Shown: positions 46,247 through 58,100, counted from the stretch's first letter. The stretch: DNA of 64,000 nucleotides from Candidatus Hydrogenedentota bacterium (GCA_016182605.1 JACPGE010000056.1:28964-92963), one strand, 5' to 3'. The notes: generated from the sequence alone by a model not told the origin. Program-made: numbers and translations.

Positions 46247-49200
46247 TTACTTGGCGTCGGCGCCCGCTTCGAGGAACTTGATGAGGTTGACGAGTTCCCC
46301 GAGATTCATGGTGTTCAAGAGGCCCTCGGGCATCGTGGAGCCTTCAATATTTTTTCGCGTGACGATCTCGCTCTTCATGATGTCCATCCGCTGCCCATTG
46401 ACGTCGATGAGACTGAGGGACTCATCATTCTCGCCCACGGCCATGCCGGTGTAGATCGAGAAATCCTTCGTCTCGACCTCCACACCCACGTACTGATCGG
46501 AGACCGTCTTCGAGGGATACATGATGGACTCGAGGATGTCGCGGCGGCGGAAGCGCGCGGTGACCGTCGAGAGATCGGGGCCGCCACCTTTGCCCACGGT
46601 GCCGAAGACGTGGCAATTGGCGCATTTGGCGCGGATGAAGACATTGCGTCCTTCCCGCGTGCCGCCGGGGCGGTAGGCCATGGGATCATATTCGAGGTAC
46701 TCGGCCAATTCCTGGAAGCTCATCTGAGCGAGGTCGGAGTTGACCTCCTGGCGCTGGCCTTCGAGTTCGGCGATCAGCTTGAGCGCCTCTTCCTGGCGTT
46801 TGGCGAGTGCTTCTGCTTTGCGGGCCAGGGCGGCCGTCTTTTCCTCTTCCGGATAGCTTTCCAGTGCGGACTCCCAGAGGTTGTTGATGTAGCCTTCCAT
46901 GGAGGCGCCGCCACCGAGATCGCGGCCGCGGTCAAACCACGCGGCGAGCCGATCGCGTTGCTCCTTGTTCCACCCCTCCTTGAGCGCGCGCAAGGCGTAG
47001 ACGGTGTGAATCTCTTCTTCCTGCGTCTTCCCCTGGGTGAGCAGGGCGAGCATGGGATTGATGGCTTCGGGGGTCTGGGTGTAGGCAAGCATCAACTGGA
47101 GTTCGCGGTTGAGTCTCCAGTCCGCATTGGGGAAGTGGGGGAGGAGACGCTGACCGGCTTTCTTTGCCAATGCGGCATAGCCGTCGCCTCCGGTGACATC
47201 GCGGATGAAGGCCAATTGCAGAAGGCGCAGGTAGTCGAGGAGCAGTTCAGGGGCGAGGCTTGCCGCGCCGATTTCGTCCAGCTTTGCAAAGATGGCGTCG
47301 CTGTGGGCTGCGGCCTTCTGGGTGTGGACGAGCGCGAGCAGCCCTTCCAGCGTGCCGTGGGGGCGCACCGCGATGTTGTCCGCAAGCACAGCATCGGCCC
47401 AAATATCGCGGTAGACCCGCTCCAGTGTGTTGCGCGCGGCATAGCGCACGAAGCGGTCGTTGTGGTTCAGGTTGGCCAGAAGATTTTGCAGGAGGGGCGA
47501 GTCCGCGGCGGCCCGGGTCGATTCATTCAACCCCGCGCGCAAGAGGGATTCAGCCGCGCGGCGTGCCACCGTGGGCGCCGTGTCCAGCAGGGAATCCGTG
47601 AGCGTTTCACACACTTCGGTGAAGGGGTGCAGCCCCAGGAGATACACGGCCTGGGCGCGGAGATACTCATCGCCGTCGGCGGCAAGATTGATCAACATAT
47701 CCAGGGAGGGTTGCGGGCCATAAACCTGGAGGGCTTCCAGCGCGCGAAGGCGCTGTGCGGAGGGCAGCGTGGGATTGCCGGCGGCCCCGGTGAGGGCGCC
47801 TTCCCAGCCGTCGCCCAGTTTGGCCTTCAGCGCGCGCAGGGACGCCTTGCCCCAGGCGGAGCGGGGCATGGGCTGCGTGAGGATGGCGTCGAGATCGCTG
47901 GCGGGCGTTTTGACGGCGCCGCCCGTGTAGGTGACTTTGAACATGCCGCCGTAGGTGCCGCGGCCGCCGATGGTGAAATAAAGGAGGCCGTCGGGGCCCA
48001 CGTCGAGGTCGGTTACGTTGAGGGGTTCGCCCACCAGGAAGTCGACCGACTTCCCGGCGTAGGTGGCGCCGCTTTCCTTCGGGAAGACGACACGGATGCG
48101 GCCGCGAGACCAATCGCCCATGAAGAAGGCGCCGTTATAGTTTTCGGGGTAGACATGGTGTTCATAGAAGCGCGTGCCCACGGGCGATCCCCGGCCGACA
48201 TCATCGAGGGCGGGCAAGGTGTCGAAATAATAGTTGGGCATTTTGGTGGAACCGGTGCGCCAGCCGTAGTCGCCGCCGGGCACGGCATGCACCACGCGGA
48301 CAGGGCGGTACCAGGGGAGGCCGACGTCCCACTCCATGTCGGAGTCGAAGGTAAACGCTTCACCGGCCGCATTGATGTCAAAATCGTAGGCATTGCGGTA
48401 GCCGCCGGTAAACTGTTCGAGGGATTTGAAATCGGGGGAGAGGCGGTTCAGTGTGCCGCCCGGGGCCAGGATGTGCGTGGCATGTCCGCGGGGATCGACA
48501 TAACGGGGAAGGAGGTGGTCTTCCTGAAGACCGCGTGACGGCGAATCCGGCTCGAGCTTCATGGCTGGCGAAGAGTGGTTGCCGTACATGATGTAGTAAT
48601 AGCCGTCGGGGCCGATCTCTATGGCGTGCGGCGCGTGCTCGCCCATGCCGCCACTGTTCGCATCGACAATGGACTTCACTTCGTCCACGTTGTCGTCCAG
48701 ATCGTTGTCGGTCAGCAGATAGACGCCGGGGCCCTCAGGACCCTCGGACTGAACAAGGATGCGATGGTCGTCGATGTAGTGAACCCCCATGACCTGGGAG
48801 ATCTTGTCGCTGAGGGGCTTTTTGCCATCGTATATGCCGTCGCCGTTTTCGTCGAGAAGGACAACGAGCGGTCCGCCCTCCACCGCGACGATGGGGCGGC
48901 CCTTATAATCAAAGGTCATGTTGATGGGCGAACCGAGGAGTTCGTTTGAGGCAACCTCGACTACCTGGAAGCCATCCGGAACACGAAATCGCTCGCCTTT
49001 AAAGGACATTTTTTCCTTTCGAGCTTCGAAGTCTTCCATGAGGGGTTCGGCGGCGACGGCGGCCTGGGGCGCGGGCGTTTCCGCGACCGGCGCGGCCTCC
49101 GGGGCAGGCACCGGGGCGGGAGCAGGTGCCGGCGCCGCTGCGGGCGCCGGGTGTTCCTTGATGAGGATGTCCTTGAAGAAGACATTCATGCCGGGGCCCA

Positions 49201-49798
49201 CGTGCAACTGGAGGGCGATATAACCGTCCTTCGCGCCTTCGGGATCGACGAGGTCGAGCACCGTCTTGCCGTTGAGGAGCATCGTGAGGTGATCGCCCTG
49301 GGCCGTAATCACGTACTCGTTCCAGTCGCCCTGCTTGGCGGTGGCGAAGATCTCCGCGCGCTGTTCCTCGGTGAGGGCGTTCCAGTAGGGGAGAATGCCG
49401 CGTTTCTTCTCTTCATAGAGCATGCCGAAATAGGTTTTCTCGGCGACGTCGGCCTGGTAACCGGCGGCGGCGTAGTCGGGCAATTTTTCACTGCGGAACT
49501 GGATACCGCTGTTGCCATTCTCAAGCTTGACGGAGACCTTCAGGATGAAGTCGCTGTAGGTCTTGTCCGCGAAGAGAAAGGTGTTGCTTTTGATCTCGAC
49601 ATCCTTGGTGGAGCCCACAATGAGGCCGTCTTCCACGCGCCAGAGCTTGGGGTTGCCGCTCCAGCCACTGAGATTCTCGCCGTTGAAGAGGGGGGTGAAG
49701 CCTTCCTCCGCGGCGAAGGAGTTCATCGAGCAGGCCAGCGCGAGGAGCGCGGCCATCCAGGGGAAGCGGCGGACAGGCCGCTGAGACACAGAATTCAT
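46247..49798 (-). CDS. Multidomain 'membrane-bound dehydrogenase' protein: DUF1080 (LamG-like) + glucose/sorbosone-dehydrogenase-like beta-propeller + HEAT repeats + C-terminal PVC-type cytochrome c
   Basis: Start at ATG (MNSVSQRPVRRFPWMAALLALACSM) with AAGGAGAGG SD. FTPLFNGENLSGW (DUF1080). C-terminal KCANCHVFGTVGKGGGPDLSTV heme site. Confidence 0.8.
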   Translation of the reverse strand: MNSVSQRPVRRFPWMAALLALACSMNSFAAEEGFTPLFNGENLSGWSGNPKLWRVEDGLIVGSTKDVEIKSNTFLFADKTYSDFILKVSVKLENGNSGIQFRSEKLPDYAAAGYQADVAEKTYFGMLYEEKKRGILPYWNALTEEQRAEIFATAKQGDWNEYVITAQGDHLTMLLNGKTVLDLVDPEGAKDGYIALQLHVGPGMNVFFKDILIKEHPAPAAAPAPAPAPVPAPEAAPVAETPAPQAAVAAEPLMEDFEARKEKMSFKGERFRVPDGFQVVEVASNELLGSPINMTFDYKGRPIVAVEGGPLVVLLDENGDGIYDGKKPLSDKISQVMGVHYIDDHRILVQSEGPEGPGVYLLTDNDLDDNVDEVKSIVDANSGGMGEHAPHAIEIGPDGYYYIMYGNHSSPAMKLEPDSPSRGLQEDHLLPRYVDPRGHATHILAPGGTLNRLSPDFKSLEQFTGGYRNAYDFDINAAGEAFTFDSDMEWDVGLPWYRPVRVVHAVPGGDYGWRTGSTKMPNYYFDTLPALDDVGRGSPVGTRFYEHHVYPENYNGAFFMGDWSRGRIRVVFPKESGATYAGKSVDFLVGEPLNVTDLDVGPDGLLYFTIGGRGTYGGMFKVTYTGGAVKTPASDLDAILTQPMPRSAWGKASLRALKAKLGDGWEGALTGAAGNPTLPSAQRLRALEALQVYGPQPSLDMLINLAADGDEYLRAQAVYLLGLHPFTEVCETLTDSLLDTAPTVARRAAESLLRAGLNESTRAAADSPLLQNLLANLNHNDRFVRYAARNTLERVYRDIWADAVLADNIAVRPHGTLEGLLALVHTQKAAAHSDAIFAKLDEIGAASLAPELLLDYLRLLQLAFIRDVTGGDGYAALAKKAGQRLLPHFPNADWRLNRELQLMLAYTQTPEAINPMLALLTQGKTQEEEIHTVYALRALKEGWNKEQRDRLAAWFDRGRDLGGGASMEGYINNLWESALESYPEEEKTAALARKAEALAKRQEEALKLIAELEGQRQEVNSDLAQMSFQELAEYLEYDPMAYRPGGTREGRNVFIRAKCANCHVFGTVGKGGGPDLSTVTARFRRRDILESIMYPSKTVSDQYVGVEVETKDFSIYTGMAVGENDESLSLIDVNGQRMDIMKSEIVTRKNIEGSTMPEGLLNTMNLGELVNLIKFLEAGADAK

Positions 49799-49994
49799 GT
49801 TCCTCTCCTTTAAAAGACACAACGGTTGCACGGCCAAGAATAAGGTAGGGTGAAAGAGGACCTTTCCGAAAACACCCGAGCCAGCAGTAAAGCATATTTG
49901 CGCCAGAATTCCAAGTTTTTGGGGGTGCAAACAGGCAGAGTGGCGGGATCATGCTGGAATGGTGCGGCGGGCGCGGGGGCAGCTTGTGGAAGGG

Positions 49995-52900
49995 TTATTC
50001 CAGGTCAATCTCGACGGCAGTGGTCTCGCCGTCCAGCAGGGTCACGGGCCTGCTCAGGTATCGGGTGTCTTCGGGCCACTGGCCAGTACGCCCGAAACGC
50101 TCCGGGTCGGAGGTCGTGAAAACCATGAGTGTGAACTCACCCGCGCTCAGGTATTGGATGGGTGTCTCGGGCAGGTTGTCGGTAAAGAACTCGGCGTCCG
50201 AATACGCCAAAACACCAATTTCTGCCGCGTCCATGGCCAAGGGGTCGGGAGGGACGGCGGCTGTGTTGAGGAGAAAAATAAAGGGGCTGACGCCGAACGG
50301 TAGTCCGGTAATTCGGAGATCCAGTATCGCATTTGCATTCGGGAGTGTCACCGTGGTGGTCTGATCCTGTTCAAGCAGGATCTGCCGGTGTATGCTGCGG
50401 CGAAGGCCGTTGTGATCGTATCCAGCCGTCAGTGTTGCTTCCCCGGCGGGCAGTTCACCCAGTCGAAAACCATCTTGCACCGGCAGGACGCGCTGAAACG
50501 GAATTGTCTCGGTCCCGGCGCTCGTTTCGACGATCAATTGCAGTTGCAGCGCATCGGCGGACTGAATTCCAGCGGGTAGTGTGCCCAGTAGCGTGGCGGA
50601 GGATGTGGGGAAGTTGATATCTTGACTGTTCGTGCCGGCCTGGAGGGTGAGCGGGCAATCTACTTCGCGGAAATAGTCTCCCTCCTGGATACGGGCGGTA
50701 AGTTTGCCGGGACCCGTTGGGAGTGCTTCCAGATGATAGGCGCCGGATTCGTCCGTGGAGGCCGTGGGAGCGTTGCTCTCCGCAGGCAGTCTGTCAGGGC
50801 GATACTCGATGGAGCCGGTTGCCGAGCGTCCGCCGATGCGGACCGTGCCAGTGAGTTGGGCATCGCCCCTGAGACTACTCAAAGTGAAATTTGCCCTGCT
50901 AGTCTTGCCCACCTCGACTGCCACCGTATGATGGGTCACTCCGTACAAGGCGGTCTCCATGTCAAGTCCTGTGGGCAGGACAATGGAGGCTTCGCCTTCT
51001 GGCACACCTTCGAATTTGAAGTGTCCTTCTGCATCGGTCTCGGCCATGGTATCGAGGTTGTGTGCGTCAGGCAGGTAGACGTGAATGGCCACGGTCTTTC
51101 CCGCAACAGGGGCGCCGTCGGCGGTGACCTGGCCAGTGATTGTGCCGCCGGCGGGTAAGACAATGGTCCATTCCCCGTTAGTTTCCACGGGGACTTTCGT
51201 CCAGACATGATCCGGGGCGCGTATAACAAGCACATCCGATTCCAGTGGCAGCGATTCTATTTCGAACCGCCCCTCGCTATCGGTGATGGCAATGGGGTTC
51301 AAGCTGTGCGTATCGAGGCGGAATTCTGCCCGGGCGACCGGGACATTGCGGGTATCCACAACGGTTCCACGAAGGGGTGTCTTAGGCTGCAAAGCCAGGA
51401 TAATTTCCTGCCCAATGAGGCTGGGTGAAATCGATTCGTGGGCGACGCGATTCTGCCTGGTGACGGTCAGAGTTCCGGAGGCCCCTTTCTCCAGGTATAA
51501 GGTGTACAGCCCACTTTGGCTGCTTCCTCCTTGTCTCGAAATCTCGTTGATGACGGGGTGGTATTCAAAGCTATAGTCGAAGCTACTAGCCAAGTTTCCC
51601 GAGCCCCCCTCCACGACGCGCAGCGCATAGGCCTGGCGCCTGATCGCAATGAGTTCCAGGTTTTGGGCGCCGGCTACCGTTTGAACGATATCGATCCGGC
51701 AGGCAGGATCGGAAGAGGTGATATTGTATTCATCCGGAGCAAAGACGTTGAGCCGGAATTCCCCTTTCGGGCCGCTAAGGGTTTGTGCGATGAAACCCAA
51801 TTCGACCACCGTTGGTATGTTCGCAAGCGTTGCCTGAAGTTGCATCCCGGGAACCGGAATGCCTCGTTCGTCAACGACCCGTCCAGTCACCGATTCCGCT
51901 GTAGCCAAGGCGCGTACGCTCCAATCGCGCTGTTCACCATCGGCCAATACTAGTTCGGATTCTTCCAGGCGCAACGTGTATTGCCGTTCTGCATCGGAGG
52001 GGGCATCGAAGGTGCCTGCCTCCACGTGATAGGCCGCCCCGGGCAACATGTCGAAGGCGTAGCGGCCATGGGTGTCGACCGCCGCAGTCCAGTCTTGATC
52101 AGTATTCGGCAGGCTGAGGCGCACACTGCAATCGCTGACCGGTTCCCCCACATGATCCAGAAGTTGCCCAGTTACGGAGGCGGGCATCCCGAGCGGCAGA
52201 TCGACGTACAGCGTTTCTCCGGGCCGCGAATCGATACGCACCATCGGGCTGATCAGATGCGCGCGCTCGTCGAACGCGCAGAGCAGGATGGAGGCGTTTT
52301 CTTCCAGTTCGAAACGTCCGGTGTGGGCAGGTTGCTCGTCGCTTGCATTGGGGTTGGGAATTTCCCGAACGCCCCGGCTCCGGTGACCGGATTTCAGGCC
52401 GTCGTGGTTTATATGAAAACGAATGGTGGCATTTCCCGCCCAAGGCTGCCCCGCGGAATCGAGAACAGCAGTGTGGATGATGGTGCTTCCAGTCGCGGGT
52501 TCTGCCGCGGGCGCCGATGCCGGCACGGCTGGGGCAGCTTGCGGCGCGGCGGCTGGCGAGTTGCTCGTGACGGTAGGAATTTGAGGCCGGGCAGGGTGGT
52601 GCGGCGCGTTCCAGGTGAGTGCGAAGAGGACCAAGAGCGCGCTACACCCCGCCAGGATTGGTTTCAGGGTCAACATTGCTGCAATGCTGGCGAAGATACC
52701 CCCGGAGGCAGGGATCAACGCCCCAGACAGGGCAAGTCTGCCAATGGAAGCCGTAAGTGCGGGCGGAGCGGCCTCCGCCATCGGAGAGGCCAGCGCGGCC
52801 TGCAGAACTGCCAGCGGTACGAGTACGCCACGTTTGCCCAGAATGCGCCGGGTATTTTCGATAGCTTTCTGGGTGCGCAGCGAGACCGCCTGGCGTGTGA

Positions 52901-53348
52901 CACCGAGCGATGCGGCGATCTCGGCCTGGCTTCGGCCTTCGAGGAAATGGGCGACGATGACGCGGCGCTCGGCCTCCGGCAGTGCGGCGATGGCAGCATC
53001 CACGTGGGTGAAGATATCCTCCCAATTCTGGGCGCCCTCTTTGGGAAGGGACTCCGCATAACGGGTATCGCGTGCAGTACGGCGCTGGGCATGCCGGATC
53101 TGGTTCTTGGCGTGGTTCACGGCAACGCGGTGAAGCCAGGCGCCGACGTGGGACTTCGGAGGGTGCCGGGTCTGGGCGAGGGTAATGAAACTCTGCTGGG
53201 CCACGTCTTCGGCGTCGTGCGTATTGCCAAGAATGCGGTGAGCCGCGGCGAAGACCAGGCGGGCATAGCGGTGGGCCAATTCCTGAAAGGCTTCGGCATC
53301 GCGGTGCTGCTGCCAGCGTTGCAGGAGGTGAAAATCGGAATCGCTCAC
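49995..53348 (-). CDS. ECF sigma-70 factor fused to TM segment and ~850-aa extracytoplasmic carboxypeptidase-regulatory-like repeat domain
   Basis: N-terminal sigma regions 2 and 4 (FQELAHRYARLVFAAAHRIL...DAEDVAQQSF ; RSQAEIAASLGVTRQAVSLRTQKA). Hydrophobic segment. Repeated ~90-aa beta-sandwich modules. Confidence 0.7.
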   Translation of the reverse strand: MSDSDFHLLQRWQQHRDAEAFQELAHRYARLVFAAAHRILGNTHDAEDVAQQSFITLAQTRHPPKSHVGAWLHRVAVNHAKNQIRHAQRRTARDTRYAESLPKEGAQNWEDIFTHVDAAIAALPEAERRVIVAHFLEGRSQAEIAASLGVTRQAVSLRTQKAIENTRRILGKRGVLVPLAVLQAALASPMAEAAPPALTASIGRLALSGALIPASGGIFASIAAMLTLKPILAGCSALLVLFALTWNAPHHPARPQIPTVTSNSPAAAPQAAPAVPASAPAAEPATGSTIIHTAVLDSAGQPWAGNATIRFHINHDGLKSGHRSRGVREIPNPNASDEQPAHTGRFELEENASILLCAFDERAHLISPMVRIDSRPGETLYVDLPLGMPASVTGQLLDHVGEPVSDCSVRLSLPNTDQDWTAAVDTHGRYAFDMLPGAAYHVEAGTFDAPSDAERQYTLRLEESELVLADGEQRDWSVRALATAESVTGRVVDERGIPVPGMQLQATLANIPTVVELGFIAQTLSGPKGEFRLNVFAPDEYNITSSDPACRIDIVQTVAGAQNLELIAIRRQAYALRVVEGGSGNLASSFDYSFEYHPVINEISRQGGSSQSGLYTLYLEKGASGTLTVTRQNRVAHESISPSLIGQEIILALQPKTPLRGTVVDTRNVPVARAEFRLDTHSLNPIAITDSEGRFEIESLPLESDVLVIRAPDHVWTKVPVETNGEWTIVLPAGGTITGQVTADGAPVAGKTVAIHVYLPDAHNLDTMAETDAEGHFKFEGVPEGEASIVLPTGLDMETALYGVTHHTVAVEVGKTSRANFTLSSLRGDAQLTGTVRIGGRSATGSIEYRPDRLPAESNAPTASTDESGAYHLEALPTGPGKLTARIQEGDYFREVDCPLTLQAGTNSQDINFPTSSATLLGTLPAGIQSADALQLQLIVETSAGTETIPFQRVLPVQDGFRLGELPAGEATLTAGYDHNGLRRSIHRQILLEQDQTTTVTLPNANAILDLRITGLPFGVSPFIFLLNTAAVPPDPLAMDAAEIGVLAYSDAEFFTDNLPETPIQYLSAGEFTLMVFTTSDPERFGRTGQWPEDTRYLSRPVTLLDGETTAVEIDLE

Positions 53349-53510
53349 GGTGTGCTCCAGTGTCTCAAGCAGGTGAAGTTTAGCCTATAGACACCGCGGA
53401 ACGGGAAGTGGCAAGCGCAACTTGGGCAGCATGGCTGGTGGAAGGAGAAATGAGGACGAGGATGAGGATGCCGCGATAGCGCGGGAAGCGCCTGGGAAAG
53501 CGGCGTGCGG

Positions 53511-54482
53511 TCAGGTGGCTTCGACGATCTTCTTGACCAGGTCTTTCCGGATGGGGAAGGTGCGGTTGTTGTAGTGGATGTAATAGAACGGCTCTTTGTC
53601 TTCGACCTTGTCGGCGGGCTGGGAGACGCCGCTGTGGAAGTAGACGAGGTACTTGTCCTTCTCGCGGGGCGCGGGAAGCTTCACCCGGGATTTCTTTTTC
53701 ACCAGGCCATCTATCACGGGGAGATCGCCCGGCTTGAAGGCCACGCCGGTGCGGTATTCTTTCTCAAAACGAATCACCCTTTGGATGTAGTCCTGGGTTT
53801 CGCGATAGGGCGGCACGCCGCCATGTTCTTTTACCGCGTTGGGGCCGGCATTGTAAGCGGCCAGGGCGAGCTTGGTGTCGTTGTTGAAAATTTCGAGCAT
53901 CTTGCCCAGGTACTGGGTGCCGCCCGCAATGTTCTGAACCGGATCATAGATATCCGTGACGCCCATTTCCTCCGCGGTCTCGGGCATCAGTTGCATCAGG
54001 CCAGAAGCCCCAACGGGCGACTGTGCCCGGACCTGGAAATTGCTCTCGGCCTTGATGACGGCGTAGACGAGGCTTTCCTTGACGCCGTAGTGGCGGGAAT
54101 AGTGGCTGATCGTGTCGGCCATACCCGAGGTATTGGCGGGGGAGATGGGGGTGGACTTGGACTTGGTCTTGAACTTGGAGGGGACATCGATGGCGTCGAG
54201 CTTCAGTTCAACGTAGCCTTTTTTCTCGCGGTATTTCTTGGGGCGGTTGGTGAAAACCTTGGCGCCGTCTTCGTCCAGGAAGGTGTGAATGCCGGCGTTC
54301 TGCATGCGCATGGCGGCGAGACGCTTCTTCACTTCGATGCGCTTGATCTCCGCCGGGGAGAGTTCTTCCTCTTCGGCGAAGGCGGGGGAGGCCACGAGGG
54401 CCGCAAAAACGGCCAGGCAGCAGGCAAGAAGTAGGGTTCGGTGGAGCCTAAAGTTAACCAAGAGCAAGGTGTGATGCCTCAT
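53511..54482 (-). CDS. Lytic transglycosylase (SLT domain)
   Basis: Signal peptide. AVIKAESNF...SPVGASGLMQLMP...AYNAG SLT catalytic motifs. Confidence 0.8.
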   Translation of the reverse strand: MRHHTLLLVNFRLHRTLLLACCLAVFAALVASPAFAEEEELSPAEIKRIEVKKRLAAMRMQNAGIHTFLDEDGAKVFTNRPKKYREKKGYVELKLDAIDVPSKFKTKSKSTPISPANTSGMADTISHYSRHYGVKESLVYAVIKAESNFQVRAQSPVGASGLMQLMPETAEEMGVTDIYDPVQNIAGGTQYLGKMLEIFNNDTKLALAAYNAGPNAVKEHGGVPPYRETQDYIQRVIRFEKEYRTGVAFKPGDLPVIDGLVKKKSRVKLPAPREKDKYLVYFHSGVSQPADKVEDKEPFYYIHYNNRTFPIRKDLVKKIVEAT

Positions 54483-54718
54483 TCCATTGTTCGCTGGTAT
54501 GCATTATAGCTCAACGTGCGCGAATGCGCCACTAAAGATTGGCATATTTTACAGTTTCGTGTCAAGAAAATAGTTGTGGCCAGAATGGCCTCCGGCCCCA
54601 CGGCGCGCCACACAGTATGGTCAGATTTCGCGATTGCTCCCGCGGGAGACTTGCGCGAAAGCGCTGCAAATGATAACGTGCGCCAGAACCTGCGGTCGCA
54701 GCATAAGGGCAAAGAAAG

Positions 54719-55186
54719 ATGACTACAGCGGAACGGCTTATTTCACGGATCTTGAAGGACAATCAGACGTTGGCAACTGCCGAATCGTGTACGGGCGGCT
54801 TGCTGGCCGCGACGATTACAGAAGTGCCTGGAGTTTCCCCGGTCTTCCTGGGCGGCGTGGTGGCCTACTCGAATACAATCAAGGAGGAGGTGCTGGAGGT
54901 GCGTCCGGATACCCTGGATTCCTTTGGTGCGGTGAGCGAAGAGGTGGTGGAAGAGATGGTGCGGGGGGTGTGCCGGAAATTCAACGCGCATTTGGGCATT
55001 GCCACGACGGGCGTGGCCGGGCCGACGGGCGGCACGAAGGAGAAGCCGGTGGGGAAGGTTTTTGTGGCGACTCAGGTGGGCAATGAAGTATTTATTACGA
55101 CCAATCTTTTTGGGGGCAGCCGGACGCACGTCCGTCAGCGGACCGTGGAACAGGGGCTTGGCCAACTGTTGAGGATGTTGAGTTAG
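54719..55186 (+). CDS. pncC: CinA C-terminal domain protein / NMN amidohydrolase (PncC)
   Basis: LATAESCTGGLLAATIT hallmark. 155 aa. Stop abuts the dnaE start. Confidence 0.85.
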   Translation: MTTAERLISRILKDNQTLATAESCTGGLLAATITEVPGVSPVFLGGVVAYSNTIKEEVLEVRPDTLDSFGAVSEEVVEEMVRGVCRKFNAHLGIATTGVAGPTGGTKEKPVGKVFVATQVGNEVFITTNLFGGSRTHVRQRTVEQGLGQLLRMLS

Positions 55187-58100
55187 ATGGCGTCGAATTT
55201 TGTTCATCTTCACGTTCACTCCGACTACAGCATTCTGGACGGGGCGTGCAAGGTCTACGAGCTGCTGGACCGCTGCAAGAAATATGGGATGGAGGCGTGC
55301 GCGCTGACGGACCACGGCAACCTCTTTGGCGCGGTGGAGTTTTATCAGGCGGCGAAGGCAAAGGGGATCAAGCCGATCATCGGTTCGGAGTTGTACGTTG
55401 CGCCGGGAAGCCGGGATGACAAGGCGCAGAAGTACTTCGGATCCTTCAACAACCATTTCCTGCTTTTGTGCGAGAACGTGACCGGCTATCACAACCTGTG
55501 CAAGCTGAGCACGGCGGGCTACCTGGAAGGCTATTACTACAAGCCGCGGGTGGATGACACCCTGCTAGCCAAACACCACGAGGGGCTCATCGCGACCACC
55601 TCGTGCCTCGCGGGGCGCATTCCGCAGGCCCTGCTGAACGACGATCGGGATCGCGCGCGGGAAGAACTGCTGAAGTACATCGAGATCTTCGGCAAGGAAA
55701 ATTTCCTGGTCGAGCTGATGTCCCATCACATGGCGGAGCAGGACAAGGTAAATCCGATCCTGCAGGAATTGGCCGAGGATCATGGTCTGATGGTGGTGGC
55801 GACGAATGACTGCCACTACATCGACAGGTCGGATGCGGAGGCCCACGAGGCGCTGCTGTGCATTCAGACCGGCACCACCCTGGAAGACGAAAAACGCTTC
55901 AAGTTTCCCGGGCCGGAATTTTACTTTTGCAGTCCGGAGGAGATGGCGGAGAAGTTTGCCCATATTCCGGAGGCGGTGACGAATACGGTGAAGGTGGCGG
56001 AGCGCTGCAACCTGGAGATTCCGCTGGGCGAGAGCCTCATTCCCGAGTATATGCCCGAAGGCGGCTATAAGGCGGGGGAGACCCCCTTCAGCTACGTGCG
56101 GGAACTGGTTCTGACGGGACTGGAAGAGCGCTGGAATCCGGTGCCCGAGGCCTACCGGGAACGCGCGGAGTTTGAGCTGGGCGTTATCGACCGGATGAAC
56201 TTCGTCGATTACTTCCTGGTAGTTTGGGATTTGATCAATTTCGCAAACCAGGAAGGAATTCCGGTCGGTCCCGGACGTGGATCGGGCGCCGGCAGCATTG
56301 TGGCCTATGCGCTGAAGATTACGAACATCGATCCCATGCGCTACGGGCTGCTTTTCGAACGCTTCCTGAACCCCGATCGCGTTTCCATGCCCGACTTCGA
56401 CATCGACTTTTGCTACAACCGCCGCGAAGAGATGATCGAGTACGCCTACAAGAAGTACGGCAAGAACAATGTGAGCCAGATCATCACCTTCGGGCGCATG
56501 CTCGCCAAAAACGTGGTACGCAACGTGGGCCGGGTGCTGGGCATGAGCTACAGCGACGTGGACCGTATTGCGAAGCTGATTCCCGATGAACTGAAGATCA
56601 AGTTGAGCGACGCGGTGGAGAAGGAGCCCGCGCTGAAGGCGATCATCGCCGAAGATCCGCAGGTGCGCAAGCTCTGGGCCCTGGCGGAGCGCCTGGAAGG
56701 CACGATCGGGAACTGCGGCACCCACGCTGCGGGCGTGGTGATTTGCGATCACGATCTCACCGATCACGTGGCGCTTTACAAGGCCGCGGGTTCCGAGACG
56801 ATTGCCACGCAGGTGGAAATGAAGTGCGTGGAAGAGGTGGGGCTCCTGAAGATGGACTTCCTCGGGCTGCGCACGCTTACCGTGGTGCACGAGGCGGTGC
56901 GCCTGATCCGCGAGGGCCGCGGAGTCTCCATCGACATCAACAATCTCGAATGCGATGATGAAAAGACCTACGCGCTGCTGCGTTCTGGCCAAACCTCCGG
57001 GGTGTTCCAGTTGGAAAGCTCGGGGATGCGCGATCTCGCGAAGCGGATCGGGTTGCAGAGCCTGGAGGAGATGAGCGCACTTGTGGCGCTGTTCCGTCCG
57101 GGCCCCATGCAGTTCATCGATCAATATATTCAGGGCAAGTTTCAGCCGGATTCGATTCAATACGATCACCCGGTGGTGAAGCCGATCCTGGAAGAGACCT
57201 ATGGTATCGCGGTCTACCAGGAACAGGTAATGCAGCTCGTGCAGGCCTGCGCTGGCTTCTCCCTGGGCCAGGCCGACATCGTGCGCCGCGCCATGGGCAA
57301 GAAGAAGAAAGACTTGCTCGACAAACAGAAAGCCATGTTCGTCGAGGGCTGCGAGAAGAACGGCTTCGAGAAGAAGCTCGCGGAAACGATCTGGGACAAG
57401 ATCGAAACCTTCGCGGGCTACGGCTTCAACAAATCGCACAGTGTGGCGTACGCGTTCGTGGCCTATCAGACGGCCTATCTCAAGGCGAACTACCCCGTTG
57501 AATTCATGTGCGCGCTGCTCACGAGTGAATCGGGCAACCTGGACAAGGTCGCGCTCTATGTGGACGAAAGCCGGCGTATGGGCATCGAGGTGTATCCGCC
57601 CGACGTGAACCACAGCCAGGCCTATTTCGCCGTGGATGGCAACGCCATCCGCTTTGGCATGGGCGCGATCAAGAACGTGGGTGAAGGGCCGACCGGTGCG
57701 CTCGTGAAAGAGCGCGAAGCCAACGGGCCCTTTGCGGACATCTTTGATTTTTGCAGCCGGCTCGACACGCGTCTTGTGAACCGGCGCTGCATTGAAAGCT
57801 TGAACAAGGCGGGATCTTTCCTCAGCACGGGATGGAACCGGCGCCAGGTGGACGCCAGTCTGGACCAGGCGCTCGGTGAAGGCCAGAGCGCCCAGCGGGA
57901 CAAAGACGCGGGCCAGTTCTCCCTCTTCGACCTGGAGGGCATGGAAGACTCGGTGGCGAATCTCCACGAGCGTCCCGACCTTCCCGAATGGCCCCAGCAT
58001 GAAGTGCTGCTTTTTGAGAAAGAGATGCTCGGGCTCTATATCAGCAGCCATCCGCTCGACGATTTCCGGCTGACTCTGCGCCGCTTCAGCACCTTCTCCG

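Noticed and set aside
46232-48538. 768-aa plus-strand ORF
   Set aside because: Antisense to the giant dehydrogenase gene.
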